NCBI RefSeq assembly: GCF_009914755.1 | Contig: NC_060931.1 | DNA length: 64,000 nt | Strand: one strand, 5' to 3' | Source of the DNA: the human T2T-CHM13v2.0 reference genome, Homo sapiens | Shown here: piece by piece, positions 15,192 to 27,788 of the stretch | Layout of the letters: the number at the start of each line of letters is the position of its first letter | Numbering within the stretch: the first letter of the stretch is position 1 | The notes under the pieces: model-generated | Databases searched by the model: none | Seen by the model: the letters and a program-made list of their open reading frames with translations, nothing else | What the model was told of the DNA's origin: nothing | Position numbers and translations under genes: made by a program

Positions 15192-15326
15192 GCCACAGCG
15201 GCCGAGGCAGGGAGCCCGGGGCTCGGGCGCCTAGGCAAGGAACCCCCGAGCCGGGAGAGCCCCTCGGCGCTGCCCTTGCTAGGACGCCAGTAGAGCTGGC
15301 AGCGGAGTCTGCCGCTCCCGCCCTCA

Positions 15327-16296
15327 GAGCCGCGGCGGCGGGAGCAGAAAGCCGCGGCGGCAAAAAGCGGCGGCGGGGGCAAAAAGCCGCGGCGGCAGGG
15401 GGCAAAATGCCGCGGGAGCAAAAAGCCGCGGCGGCGGGGGCAGAAAGCCGCGGCGGCGGGGGGCAAAAAGCCGCGGCGGCGGGGGGCAAAAAGCCGTGGC
15501 AGCAGAAAGCCGCGGCGGCGGGCGCAAAAAGCCGCGGCGTCGGGGGCTAAAAGCCGCAAAAAGCCGCGGAGGGGGGAGCGAAAAGCAGTGGGAGCTGGGG
15601 CAAAAAACCACAAAAAGCCGCGGCAGCGGCGGCAGAAAACCTCGGCAGCGGGGGCAAAAAGCTGCAGCGGCAAAAAGCGGCGACGGGGGCAAAAAGCCGC
15701 GGTGGCAAAAATGCGCGGCGGCGGGGGAAAAAGCCGCGACGGCGGGGGGCAAAAAGCCGCGGCGGAGTGGGGCGAAAAGCAGTGGGAGCTGGGGCAAAAA
15801 AACCACAAAAAGCCGCGGCAGCGGCGGCAGAAAACCTCGGCAGCGGGGGCAAAAAGCCACGGTGGCGGGGGTAAAAAGCAGCGGTGGCAAGAAGCCGCGA
15901 CGGTGGGGGCAAGAAGCCGCGGCGGCCCGGGCAAAAGGCCGCAAAAGCCGCGGCGACGGGGGCGAAAAGCCGCGGCGGCGGAGGCAAAAAGCCGCGACGG
16001 CAGGGGGCAAAAAGCTGCAAAAGCCTCGGTGCGGGTGAAAAAAGTCGCGGCGAGAAAAAGCCGCTGAGGCGGGGGCAAAAAGCCGCGGCGGCAGGGGCGA
16101 AAACCAGCAAAAAGCCGCCGCGGTGGGGGCAAAAAGCAGTGGGAGCTGGGGTAAAAAACCACAAAAAACCGCGGCAGCGGCGGCAGCAAGCCACGGCGGC
16201 GGGGGCAAAAAGCCGCGGCGGCAAAAACCCGGGGTGGCAAAAAGCCGCGGCGCCGGGGGACGAAAAGCTTCAAAGGCCGCTTCGGCGGGGGCAAAA
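15327..16296. repeat. GC-rich CAAAAAG-type minisatellite (GGGGGCAAAAAGCCGCGGCGGC)n, CpG-dense
   Basis: Tandem 16-22 bp variants; this repeat class is known from pericentromeric duplication boundaries. Confidence 0.92.
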
Positions 16297-18699
16297 TAGT
16301 GGAAAGGAGGTAGAAGGCTGGCACAGCTTGGCATTGCTGGAGTGTGATGTGATAGGAAAAGTGCACCCGAAAACAAAGATGTAAGTGGGCTTGACTCAGT
16401 GCAGCTAAGAACCTAGATGTTATCTTGAGGGTATTAACTAATAAGCAGTTTAAATCAGAATGGCACATTCTGATTTGTTTTTTGTATGTTCACATTTGGC
16501 AGACATAGATACTGTTTGAAGAGAGGAAAGTCAGTAAATAGACGTAACAAACTTGAATATGTGCAAAGTCTAGAAACAAGAGACTAGGGGGATAAGAACC
16601 TTTCAAAAATGCAAGATTTGAAAACTGGCTGGGGGATGAGGAAAAGGCAGGTCTTTAAGGTCAATCCTTGTTTTGCTTTAAGTTGTTAGGGGGTGGTTTT
16701 ATCACATATTGTAGAATATGTCATTTCAGTTTTGAACATCTTGAGTTAAATTGTCCTAACATATCTTATGAATTTGGTTTTCTTCCCTGGGAAGCTGATA
16801 TTTCAAAAACTTAAAGACTATAGATTTCCAACTTGTATCCAATTTATAAAATTATCTCTAGGCTGCTGGTTTCAGGAGGAGGCTCACTGAATATTCTATT
16901 TGCAGAGAATATATCAGGAGTTAACAGCCTCAATTTTTGTGGACAACCAGTTAACTAAGCCACCTCTTAGTGTATTTAGTTGGGAAATCTTAGCTGAAGA
17001 TATTCATTAATGAACCAACAGTGACTAAAAAATTCATTATTTAAGTACATTTCATTGTAATTAATTTGAATTTAAGTAGCCATATACAGCTAGTATTTAC
17101 TACATTGAACAATGCAAATAAGAGGAAAAAATTAATAACCATCTCTAATATCACATGCCAAAATCCTAATCAATTTATTCTAGCTAAAGGAGTTTATCAG
17201 AAGCAGCAATTGAAAGTACCAACTAAACCAGTTGGGGTTAATTCACTGTCATTCTCTCAGAACCATCTCTTCTCTGAACAAAACAAGTACAAGAGTTAAT
17301 TGTGAATCTGCATTTTCCTTGCCTATTTTAAGGTTTGGATGTTGACACTAATTTGTGAAATCCCGCCTGTGGTGTGATATTTGATTTTCCTTGCTTTTTG
17401 TTAGGGCAAGAATGCTTCAGCTCTTAATTTAAAATTATGTTTCTCCCTCCTAGGTTGAGTGAACTTAGAATGCATTCTCTGACATATCCAAGTTTTTGTT
17501 AATATGGATCTGGGGAAAAAAGCATACTTAATTAGCTAAGACTTCTTATTCTAGGCTTGACCCTGTGTTCGACATCTTTTGAATTTGTAGTTGCATAGGC
17601 TGCTCTCTGACACTGGTTGGTGATCTTGAAGCTATATTAACATTAGGGGAGGTGGTGTATTAGCATTAGAGGTATCCTTGCAAGGAAAAACTTGTATTAT
17701 CTCAATACGTCTTTTTTTTTGCACACAAGAAAGTCAATGTTTGAGTCTTCTAAAATCTTCCTATTTCCAAGTTGCAGAGTACCATTGATTCCTAAACAAA
17801 GATCTAATTTTTGACTCAGAGACGTGGCAAGGTAGTGAATAACCATTATAATTTAACAACCTTCAAGATAAAATTATCTCTCTGATATTTAGATTTTGCC
17901 CGATTATTAAGATATTTGAGTGTTTCTTTAAGAATGGAACACTCTAGTCTCTTGAGCAGAGATTATAAAGGCCTCAGATGATCATTTTTTATGCTCTTTT
18001 CTTTAACACCTTCAACACAGTTGGAAGCAGCCAATATTCCCCAGAGTTGTTGTGTTTTTTAAACCAAATGCATGGTTCAGTGGTAGAAAACTGGGCTGAT
18101 CCAAGCTGTTTTCAGTAAACACTTCATTTCAGGTGACCTATTTCATATGAAATAATCTCTAGATCCTGTCTTCAAAACTAACTAGATCAGATAACCTACC
18201 CTAGATTTTCCCCTTTTAGGGTCTGTTAGCTGCAGTCACTTTTGTGAAAATGATTGCAGTGAAAAGATAGAGTTGTAGATGGGGAAAATGTTTTGACTAA
18301 TTTAAGCATAGTGGTATTTAATATGAGAATTTAAGTTACACACATTTGAAAATTACAATGGAGTCTCTTGGCTGAGCTTTAAAAAAAATAGCGTTTAGGC
18401 TAAAAAGGGAACTGCTACCTCTCCTAAAATCAGAAAGATGTTACAGTAATTCTCCATTCTCTAGAATTATCAGGAAGCACCTTTGTGATGATTTACTTTT
18501 GCTCTTAGGAGTGTGAGCCTGTGTAGTCGTGGAACCATCAATTAGAATGATGGCTTTCTGATCCCAAAGTCATTCATTCTGAAAACAATATTTTTCATAA
18601 AATTGAAAGTGAGAAGTTTTGATCTTGCCATTCCCAAGTAACTCTCTTAATAAGAGGCATCAGCATGCTTCAGTGACAGATGTCACCTTCCAGTGCTGA

Positions 18700-19460
18700 G
18701 AGTCATCTTTGAGTTCTCCATTTCACTCCCTACACTCCAATTTAGCTGCAGTTCTTTTGGCCAGTCCTATGAAATACATCCTGGCCTAACGACTTCTCAC
18801 CACTAATACCACTCATACTCACAGCATTCTCACCTAAGTCACTACCTTTTTTCTCTGGATTACAATAGCCTCCCAATTTATTTGCTCACATAACCATTTA
18901 TTCTACACAGTGCACCAGATACACCCCTTTGAAATGCAAACGCAATCATGTTATTCTCTGGTGAAATTATCTCATACATTCCTATCGCATTTAAAATTAA
19001 TTCAGAATCATCCCATGATTATCAAAACCCTACATGCTCTTCCACAACATGGTTTACTTCCAAGATATCTCTTCAAATTTTTTTTCGCTGTACTGAATTG
19101 GTGACTAATAGTCATATTTTTGTTTTTGTTCAAAAAGTCTTGACTTGTAAATTTTTCAGTTTCTTCTTTATCCACAGGTAACTCTTTCCTCACAAGGTGA
19201 ATTGCTTGCTTCCTTGAGTTCTGCTCTCAAAGATACCCTTCATTTTCTACCTAATATTAATAACTGTAATCACTCATTATTCCATTACTATGCTCTATAG
19301 TGTATACAACTACTGTTCTTTGTCATGTCATTAACTAAATTATTTATTTGTTCCAGTAATGTATTCCATAAATATTGTACACCTAAAAATTATGTTATTT
19401 TTATTGCTGTATGCTCAGCTGCCCAATAACAGTTTGAGGATTAACATATTTGTTAAATGC
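18700..19460 (+). mobile_element. L2 3' remnant
   Basis: Motifs ctggattacaatagcctccc and aaatgcaaacgcaatcatgt typical of L2. Confidence 0.55.
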
Positions 19461-19799
19461 ACAAATACATTCTTTCAGAAGTGTTAGTTGAATAATTTTA
19501 TATTAAACTCCCTATATACATACAATATGAATTAGAGAATTCAGAATAAACATTCCATTGGAAAAAACTAAACAATTTGTTATAAAACATCCTTAAAAGC
19601 ATCAGAAAGTTAATACAGCAATGAAGAATTACAGGACCAAATTAAGAATGGTATGGAAGCCTGTTTGTGAGGCTTATGTTTGGGTTATCTCTTTACTTAG
19701 AATGACTATAAATCTCAAAAGAGAACTAAAGGGAGAAATAACCATATCTACTAACATGGTAAGGGTATTTAAACATCTCTTAGTAATTGGGAAAGTTGA

Positions 19800-19935
19800 A
19801 AGAAAAGAAAAAAGAGAAAGGGAGAAAGAAACAGAGCGAAAGGGATAATGAAGGAGAGAAGAAGAGAAAGGAAGAGGAAGAAAAGTAAAAAGAGGAGGGG
19901 GAGGGAGGAAGAAAGAAAGGTGGAAAGAAAGAATG
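19800..19935. repeat. GA-rich low-complexity tract
   Basis: Nearly pure purine. Confidence 0.85.
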
Positions 19936-19939
19936 GTAA

Positions 19940-21480
19940 AGTTTTTAACATAATTTATCCTTCTGGAATATGAATGTTGGTCTATTTGATGGTGTCCCAC
20001 AGATTCCTTAGTCTCTGCTCATTTTTTATTTTTTATTCTTTCTGTTTCTCAGAGTCAGTATTTTCCATTTTCTTATCTTCAAGTTCATGACTTCTTCTGC
20101 GTGTGCAAATGTACTCTTAAATCCCTCTGTTGATTTTTTAATTTTTATCATTGTAGTTTTCCACTCAGGAATTTCTGTTATCTCTTTGTTGATATTCCTA
20201 CTTTTTAATACTTTTTTCTGATTCCTTTCTTTCTTTGTTTATGTTTTCCTTTTGACATTTGAGTATAATTAAGAGAGTTGTTTAAAAGTCTTTGTCTAGT
20301 AAGTTTGATGTCTGGGTTTCCTTAAAGATATTTTCTGTCAATTTATTTTGTTCCTTTGAATGAGCCATACTTTCCCATTCTTTGTATGCCTTGTAACTTT
20401 TTTTGAAAACTGCACATTATAATAATTATAATTACTATGTGGTTACTCTGTAAATCAGACCCCCCCCTACAAACACACTAATGTTTTGTGGTTTTAAATT
20501 TTATTTACTTATTACATTGTTAAAGTTTTTATTTTTAGTGAAATTTTCCAAAGTGATTTACAAAACTGTTTGCTTTATAAGGTGTGGTCACCGAAGTCTT
20601 TTTGTTTCCTTAATAAATGTTAAGCTAATGTTTTGACAGTGATTTTCTTGTATGTCAGGAACTAAGCAAACAGGCAAATACAACAAAAACAAAAAGAAAA
20701 ACAAGTAATCATTAGCCAGCAAAATATGTCTCTAGGCCATGCAGACTGGCTTTGTGCTGGGTTCTTTAAAGCCTGCACAAAGTGTATGTTCACTCTTGCA
20801 CTGAGTGAAGTTCAAGTTCACTCTTGCGCAGAGCTTGCACTGAGGGGAGGGATCGGCCAAGGTAAAAGTGTAGGCTCTTCTTATGACATTTGTCATCATG
20901 TGGCTTAACCTATGCATACATGTGACTTTCTAGACTCTCCCATGTACGTGAATGTTGAATGTCTTAGTTTTCCAAATACTCTTCTCCAACTTTTCTTCCT
21001 GTGCTGAAGGTGATCTACTGTATGTGTAAACTCTAATTTTTGCCCTAAGCGTCTGTGGTTTCTTAGGTCTCCTTGCTGAGTTTCTTAATAATGTCCATTC
21101 CTTATCTGTTCTGTATTCTAGCAACACAGAAAAAAAAAGCCTTTCACTAGTCCTTCAGGTATCCCCCAGACCAGTCAGAACAGACACATAATAATTTGCG
21201 GGTAAGATCTTCTCTTGTTCCTTTGGGCGATGGACCAGGCTTCCTCACTGGGAACGTGGGCTTCTGACACTTCAGAACTGCCAATTTGCTGGGGCAAAGG
21301 CAAGTTAAAAATGTCGTAAAGTTTTCCAGTTGTCTTTTCCTTGAGTCTGCTTTCACTTGGTTGTTGTAATCTTTTGACCATTTTCCAGAGTTTTGGCAAA
21401 GTTTATTCGGACAGTTTCTCTTAGTTGTGTGATGTTTCTGTGGGGAAATGAAAGATTGCAGCTGTCTCCACTGCCATTTT
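19940..21480 (-). mobile_element. Old L1M 5'/ORF1 remnant
   Basis: T-rich antisense L1 motifs (ggtgtcccacagattcctt, ttgaatgagccatactttcc). Confidence 0.55.
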
Positions 21481-21539
21481 GCTGATGCTCCTCTTTTGTG
21501 AATTTTTGCTTCATGTTCTTATGCTTTGTTATTAGTTCA

Positions 21540-21965
21540 TGTATTAGTTTTCTAGGGCTGCCATAACCAAGTAACACAAACTGGGTGCCTTGAACAACAT
21601 ACATTTATTGCCTTATAGTCCTGGAAGCTAAAAGTCTGAGATTGAGGTGTCGGCAGGGATGGTCCCTTCAAGGGCTATGAGAGAAAGTCTGTTCTATGCC
21701 TTGTTTCTAGCTTCTGGTGGTTTTGTGGCAGTCTTTGGCATTCCTTGGCTAACCTCTGCCCTCATAATCACATGGAACTCTCCCTGTGTGTATGTCTCCC
21801 TCTACTCAAATTTCTTCTTTTTATAAGGACATCAGTCATATTGAATTCAGGCTCATCTGATTTTATCTTAACTTGATCACCTGCAAGGAACCTATTTCCT
21901 AATGAGGTCATATTCAGTGGTTAGGATTTCAGCATCTGTATAGAGGAAACAATTTAGCTCAAATC
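21540..21965 (-). mobile_element. MaLR LTR (MLT1C-like)
   Basis: Starts tgtattagttttctagggctgccataac; contains aggtgtcggcaggg and ctagcttctggtgg. Confidence 0.8.
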
Positions 21966-21999
21966 TGTGCATACATGATTGTAATAGCTATGTCTTCCT

Positions 22000-23470
22000 A
22001 AAGCGTTGACCTCCTTATTCCTACAATAAAAATTTTTAAAATCCTATTCACATTTTTAATAGTCTATATTGTGTTATGAGTATAATGAGTTCAGTGTTTT
22101 TATGATTGCTCTTTGCATGATATTTTTTGTCATCTTTTTACTTTCAATCCATTAGTATCCTTGCATCTCAGCGTATATTGGGATCACTTGTTTTAATCCA
22201 GTCTGACAATCTCTGCCTCTTGATTGGATTTTAATCTGCTCACATTTAATATTATAATTGGTATAATTCTATTTATGTCTGCCATTTTACTATTTGTTTT
22301 GTATATTTCTCAAATATTTTTCTTTATTGCTTTATTTTGCAATGAATGAATATTTTCTAAAATAGGGAACTTTAGATTACTAATGAAATATTTTACTATA
22401 TATTTTTGAGAATTTTTGTTGTTGTTGTAAGTTTACCATGTAGGTATATGGAAAATTAATTACTCAAATCATCTTCCAATTTATACTAGTAAACTTTTAG
22501 TAATACATAGAAACATCATTCTTATTCAAATCTCTTTTATTTCCTCCATTTGAAAGTATTATCACTTTACACATTACATCTATTAAAGTTACAAAGCCAA
22601 CAATGCATTTTAGTAATTATTACTTTACCATCTAGAGTGATTATCTTATCACGATACATTTTTCTTCCAACTACCTCCTTTTTAATGTTACTGGGAAATA
22701 TGTTATACACATATTACATTTCTACATGTCAAATACTCAGCAATACGTTATGCACATATTATTATTATTATCATTGAGACGGAGTCTCCCTCTGTCACCC
22801 AGGCTGGAGTGCAGTGGCACTCCAGTGCCACTCCAGTGAGCTCCGCTCACTGCAAGCTGCATCCCCCGGCTTCATGCCATTCTTCTGCTTCAGCCTCCTG
22901 AGTAGCTGGGACTACAGGCGCCCGCCATCACGCCCGGCTAATTTTTTGTATTTTTAGTAGAGACGGGGTTTCACTGTGTTAGCCAGGATGGTCTCGATCT
23001 CCTGGCCTCGTAATACGCCCGCCTCAGCCTCCCAAAGTGCTGAGATTACAGGTGTGAGCCATCGTGCCCGGCCATTATACACATATTATTTTATAAACAA
23101 TTTATGATAAAGAGAAAAGATGCATTTCTACTGTCTTTTATAATGTTAATATTACCTATACCAGTGCTTTTTTAAAAATGTGGATTCAAATGACTGTCTT
23201 GTGTAACTTGCTTTTAGCCTTAGGAATTTATTTTGGTGTTTTTGTTTTTGTTTTTTTTTTTTTGTATGGTAGGTCTGCCAGCAACAACTTCAATTAATAT
23301 TTCTGTTTATCTGGCAAAGTCTTTGTGTTATCTTCATTTTTGAAAAATAATTGCTGGATAAGGAATTGGTGGCTGACAGTTTTTTTTCCTTTGCATCTTT
23401 TGAATATATTATTCTACTGCCTCTTGCCTTCCATTGTTTCTGTTAAGTCAGCTGTTAATCTTACAAAACA
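22000..23470 (-). mobile_element. Old L1M remnant
   Basis: Motifs atccagtctgacaatctctgc and tctactgcctcttgccttccattgtttctg. Confidence 0.6.
22761..23073 (-). mobile_element. AluY with internal rearrangement
   Basis: AluY-type positions (gccattc, ttagccaggatgg); TSD ttatgcacatatt / ttatacacatatt. Confidence 0.9.
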
Positions 23471-23479
23471 TAGGTGCTC

Positions 23480-23920
23480 AAATAACAAACATGTGCATGA
23501 ATATTTACAGCAGTAATAATCATACAGTCAAAAAGTGGAAACAATCCATAGGCTTGTTGACTCATAAATGGACACCCAATTTTTAGCTATAACAAAGAAA
23601 GAAGTACTTATACATGGTATAATGTGGGTGAAATTTGAAAGCATTAAGTGCACAAAAAGACAAATATTACCTGATTTTATTCAGATGAAACATCAGGAAT
23701 TGGCAAATCAATTGGGATATAAATCAGATTAGTGGTCATTAGGGCTCAGGGAAGCAGAATAGGGTGTAACAACTTTATGGATAATGGGTTTTCAGAAGGG
23801 ACAGGATGAAATTGTCCTGGAACATTGTGAATATACTAAAAGCAACTGCATTGTATGCTTTAAAATGGTTGTTATTAATTTTATATTATGTGATTTTTAC
23901 CTTAAAAAACAAAAAAAAGA
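23480..23920 (+). mobile_element. Old L1M 3' end
   Basis: aaaaagtggaaacaatcc...tgtgaatatactaaaa...A-tail. Confidence 0.65.
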
Positions 23921-24747
23921 AAATAGCCTTACTCTATACATAATAAACTCAAGATGTGTTACAAATTTATATGTGAAATCCAAAATACTATAATATTTAA
24001 GGAATAGCTCAGTAGAATAACACTAAAATTTAATGTAATGAAATATTACCTTAAAAAAGAAAAAAGCACAGTAATTAAAAAGGGAAATATAGTTAATCTT
24101 TTTTCTCTCCAATAAGCATGCCATTAACTGAGGAAAAAGTCAAGCTGCAATTACGTAAACTACATTTTCTAAAACCATAAAGAAAATAAGAAATGAAAAG
24201 GGATTTGGGGAAAAAATCCAAAGGTACAGTCAACTACACAAAAAAAGCTTAGTCTCATTAATCATTATGAAAATGCAAATTGTAACTGAAATAAGATAAA
24301 ACTACAATTCAAAGAGAAAGCCTAAAATTTCAACCCCCAAAAAATTCTGGGTTTTGGAGAGCTGGGATGGAATAGGGCTCCTAACCTTACAACAATGAAA
24401 GAACCCAACTAACTTCAAAGTCATGACTTTATTTTTATAGCAACCAGGTTGCCAAGAACTGAGTCAAAATGTGAGGGAAAACAAGCACTTGCAAGGAGAA
24501 AGAGGACAGATGCACTTACATAGGACAGATGCAAATAGACACCAGTATGACAAGTAAAGCTGGAATAATCATTAAATTCCTGAAGACAAAGTGGGGCCGG
24601 TCAGATTGGGAGACCGCTGACAGCTGCAGAAGTTGGGAAAGATCCATCATCTTGAAAACTTTTTCCCCAAAACCCACTGTGATCTCTCAAGCAATTGGTA
24701 AGGAATCCAAGAGAGTCTGTATATGATACAGATCAGGGAGAGCAGAA

Positions 24748-25030
24748 CACTTGGGAGGTGACCAGGTCTTGGGGGCCGAGCCCTTATGAATGGGATTAGT
24801 GCCTTTATAAAAGAAGCTCAATGGAGTTCTTGTGTGCCTTCCACTATGTGAGGATGTAGAAAGAACGCCCCATCTATGAACCACGAAATGGGCTCTCATC
24901 AACACTGAATTTGTGAGCATCTTGACCTGAGATCTTACAGCCTCAAGAAGTGTGAAAAAAGAAATATCTATTGTTTTTTAGTCACCCAGTTCATGTTATT
25001 TTTTTATAAGAGTCCAAATAGACCAAGATA
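24748..25030 (+). mobile_element. MaLR LTR (MLT1A/MST-like)
   Basis: atgaatgggattagtgcctttataaaaga...tagaccaagata. Confidence 0.8.
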
Positions 25031-25944
25031 TTCCACTTAACATGTAGGGGAAGGCAACAAAAACTGCCACACTTAGAATACTCCTGATGCTGGGAGTATG
25101 AAAACAGGAAAAACAAAACTGCTCTTGAAGGTGAAGGAGGAATACCACTGAGCTCACCAACACAGCCAGGAAAAGAACAGAAGTGTGAGAAGGCTACATT
25201 CCTGGGACCCTGAGAAAAAGCACCTGCATAAGACTGAGATGAAATTACCTACCCTAGTTACAACTGAAATTCCAAAAAGAAAAGAGGAAAAAATAACGGA
25301 GCAAAAGAAATATTTTTCAAAATAACTGCCAAAAATATTCTAAAAGAAGTGACAGAAAATCAAACTTCAGATATAGGAAACTCAGAGAATGTCAAATAGA
25401 ACAAAAATAAATAAGAATTACATCTTGAAAAATCTTTAAAAAATCAAGTCTAAATTTTACATCTTGCTCCAAATATATAGAGATATAAATAGGTTATCAT
25501 CAAGATATGGAGAATGCCATATCATGGAAACACTAAAATAAAGCTGTGGAAAGACTACATTGATATTAGACACAACAGAGTTCAGAACAAGAAATAGTAT
25601 CAGAGATGAGAGATAATAGATAATACAATAATCAATTCTCAAGAAGTTGTAAACATCCTACTAATTAGGGTATGCAGCTAACAACAGAACCTCCAAATAC
25701 ATGAGGCAAAACAGGAAGGAAATCAAAGGCGAACTAGAAAAATCCAAAATTATATTTGCAGACTTCAACACTTTTGTCTTAGTAATGGACAGACTAGACA
25801 CAAACTCAGTAATCATATGGAAGATAAGAACAACAATATCACCAACAAGACATCCAATCTTCAATGGCAGATACTCTTTCAAGTGAAAAAAAAAAACAGT
25901 ATGGCATATTCTCTAACAAACCCAGAATTTCTAATATTTGCGGT

Positions 25945-26508
25945 CTTCCTTCCTTCTTTCCATCTTCCTTTCTCTTCTCTTCCCTTCCCTTGCCTTCTTC
26001 CTTCCTTTTTTCTTTTCCTCCTTTTCTTTTCCTTTTTCTTTTCCTCTCTTTTCTTTTTTCTCCTTCCTTCCTTTTCTCTTATTCTTCCTTCCCTCCTCCC
26101 TCCCTTCCTTTCTCCCTCCCTTTTCTTCCTTCTTTTCTCTTATTCTTTCTTTCTCACTTTCTTTTCTTTCCTTTTCTCCTTTCCTCCCTCCCTCCTTTTA
26201 TTCCTTCCTCGCTCCCTTCCTTTCCTCCTTTTTCCTTCCTTCTCCTCTTTATTTTCTTTGTTTCTTTGCCTTCCTCCCTTTTCCCATTCTCTCTTCCTCC
26301 TTTCCTTCCTCCCTTCCTTTCTTTCTTTCTCACTTTCTCTTCTTTCTTTCTCTTTCTTTCTTGTGTTCTTGCTTTCTTTTTAGTCCCTTCCTGCCTTTCT
26401 CCCTTCCTCCTTCCCTCCCTTCCTTCTCTCATTTCCTCCTTCTTTTCTTTCTTCTTTCTTTCCTTCCTTCCTTCTTTTTTCTTTCTTTCTTTTCTTTTCT
26501 TTCTCTTT
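25945..26508. repeat. Polypyrimidine (CT-rich) tract, ~560 bp
   Basis: Almost exclusively C and T on the + strand. Confidence 0.92.
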
Positions 26509-26595
26509 ACTACAATTCATATTATTTAAAAAAAATTAAGAGGGGGAGGCAGAAAAATAAAGAACACTTTAATCTGCAGGTAAATAGATTATGTC

Positions 26596-26870
26596 TGCTG
26601 CAGACAAAAGAATGGCCTCCCAAAAATGTTCATGTCCTAATTCCCAGAGTCTAACATACAAATATGTTAGGTTGCATGGCAGTGGGAAATTAGATTTCAA
26701 GTGAAATTAAGGTTGCAATAAAATGATGGAGAGATTATCTTAAATGGGTGGGATCAACGAAATCACAAGCTTCCTTATAAGTGAGAGAAGAAGGCAGAAG
26801 AAAGGCAACCATGGAGGTCGTAGCATGAGAAATTACTCAACATCACTGACTTTTAAGATACAAGAATGAG
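26596..26870 (+). mobile_element. MaLR LTR 5' part (MLT1D/E-like), truncated
   Basis: gaatggcctcccaaaaatgttcatgtcctaattccc...aattaaggttgc. Confidence 0.7.
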
Positions 26871-27181
<311 letters not shown>

Positions 27182-27184
27182 TCA

Positions 27185-27788
27185 TGTAAATTAGTTCAGC
27201 CATTGTGGAAGACAGTGTAGCGATTCCTCAAGGATCTAGAACCAGAAATACCATTTGACCCAGCAATCCCATTACTGGGCATATACCCAAAGCCTTATAA
27301 ATCATTCTACTATAAAAACACATGCACACATATGTTTATTGCAGCACTATTCACAATAGTAAAGACTTGGAACCAACCCAAAGGCCCATCAGTGATAGAC
27401 TGGATAAAGAAAACGTGGCACATATACACCATGGAATACCACGCAGCCATAAAAAAGGATGAGTTCATGTTATTTGCAAGGACATGGATGAAGCTGGAAA
27501 CCATCATTCTCAGCAAACTAGCACAAGAACAGAAGACCAAACACCGCATGTTCTCACTCATAAGTGGGAGGTGAACAATGAGAACACATGGACACTGCAG
27601 GTGGGGGGGCATCACACACTGGGGCCTGTTAGGGGGTGGGGGGCTGGGGGAGGGATAGCATTAGGAGAAATACCTAACGTAGATGACGGGTTGACGGGTG
27701 CAGCAAACCACCATGGCACATGTATACCTATGTAACAAACCTGCACGTTCTGCACATGTACCCCAGAACTTAAAAGTATAAAAAAAAG
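27185..27788 (+). mobile_element. L1PA (PA7/8-like) 3' end
   Basis: ORF2 C-terminus [17 protein letters not shown]...MFSLISG, 3'UTR and A-tail. Confidence 0.9.

Larger units (their letters stand above)
12161..15326 (-). pseudogene. KSR1: KSR1 duplicon (5' leader, exon 1, ~2.8 kb presumed intron 1), copy 1
   Basis: Contiguous non-satellite sequence from the exon donor down to the CATTT array. Intronic origin is inferred. Confidence 0.7.
14660..16296. promoter_or_regulatory. CpG-island-like region (KSR1 exon 1 plus GC array)
   Basis: High GC and many intact CpGs in an otherwise CpG-depleted window. Promoter activity not shown. Confidence 0.6.

Noticed and set aside
15327-16296. CRISPR-like repeat-spacer array
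   Set aside because: Primate minisatellite with no unique spacers and no cas genes.
14957-16468. 503-aa ORF and the overlapping Ala/Arg/Pro/Phe- or Lys/Arg/Gly-rich ORFs
   Set aside because: They arise because the GC array lacks stop codons in most frames. The 503-aa ORF crosses the KSR1 exon out of frame, and the KSR1 frame has a TAG at 15233-15231.
25817-26654. Phe/Leu/Ser/Pro-rich 188-238 aa ORFs
   Set aside because: Polypyrimidine low-complexity artefact.
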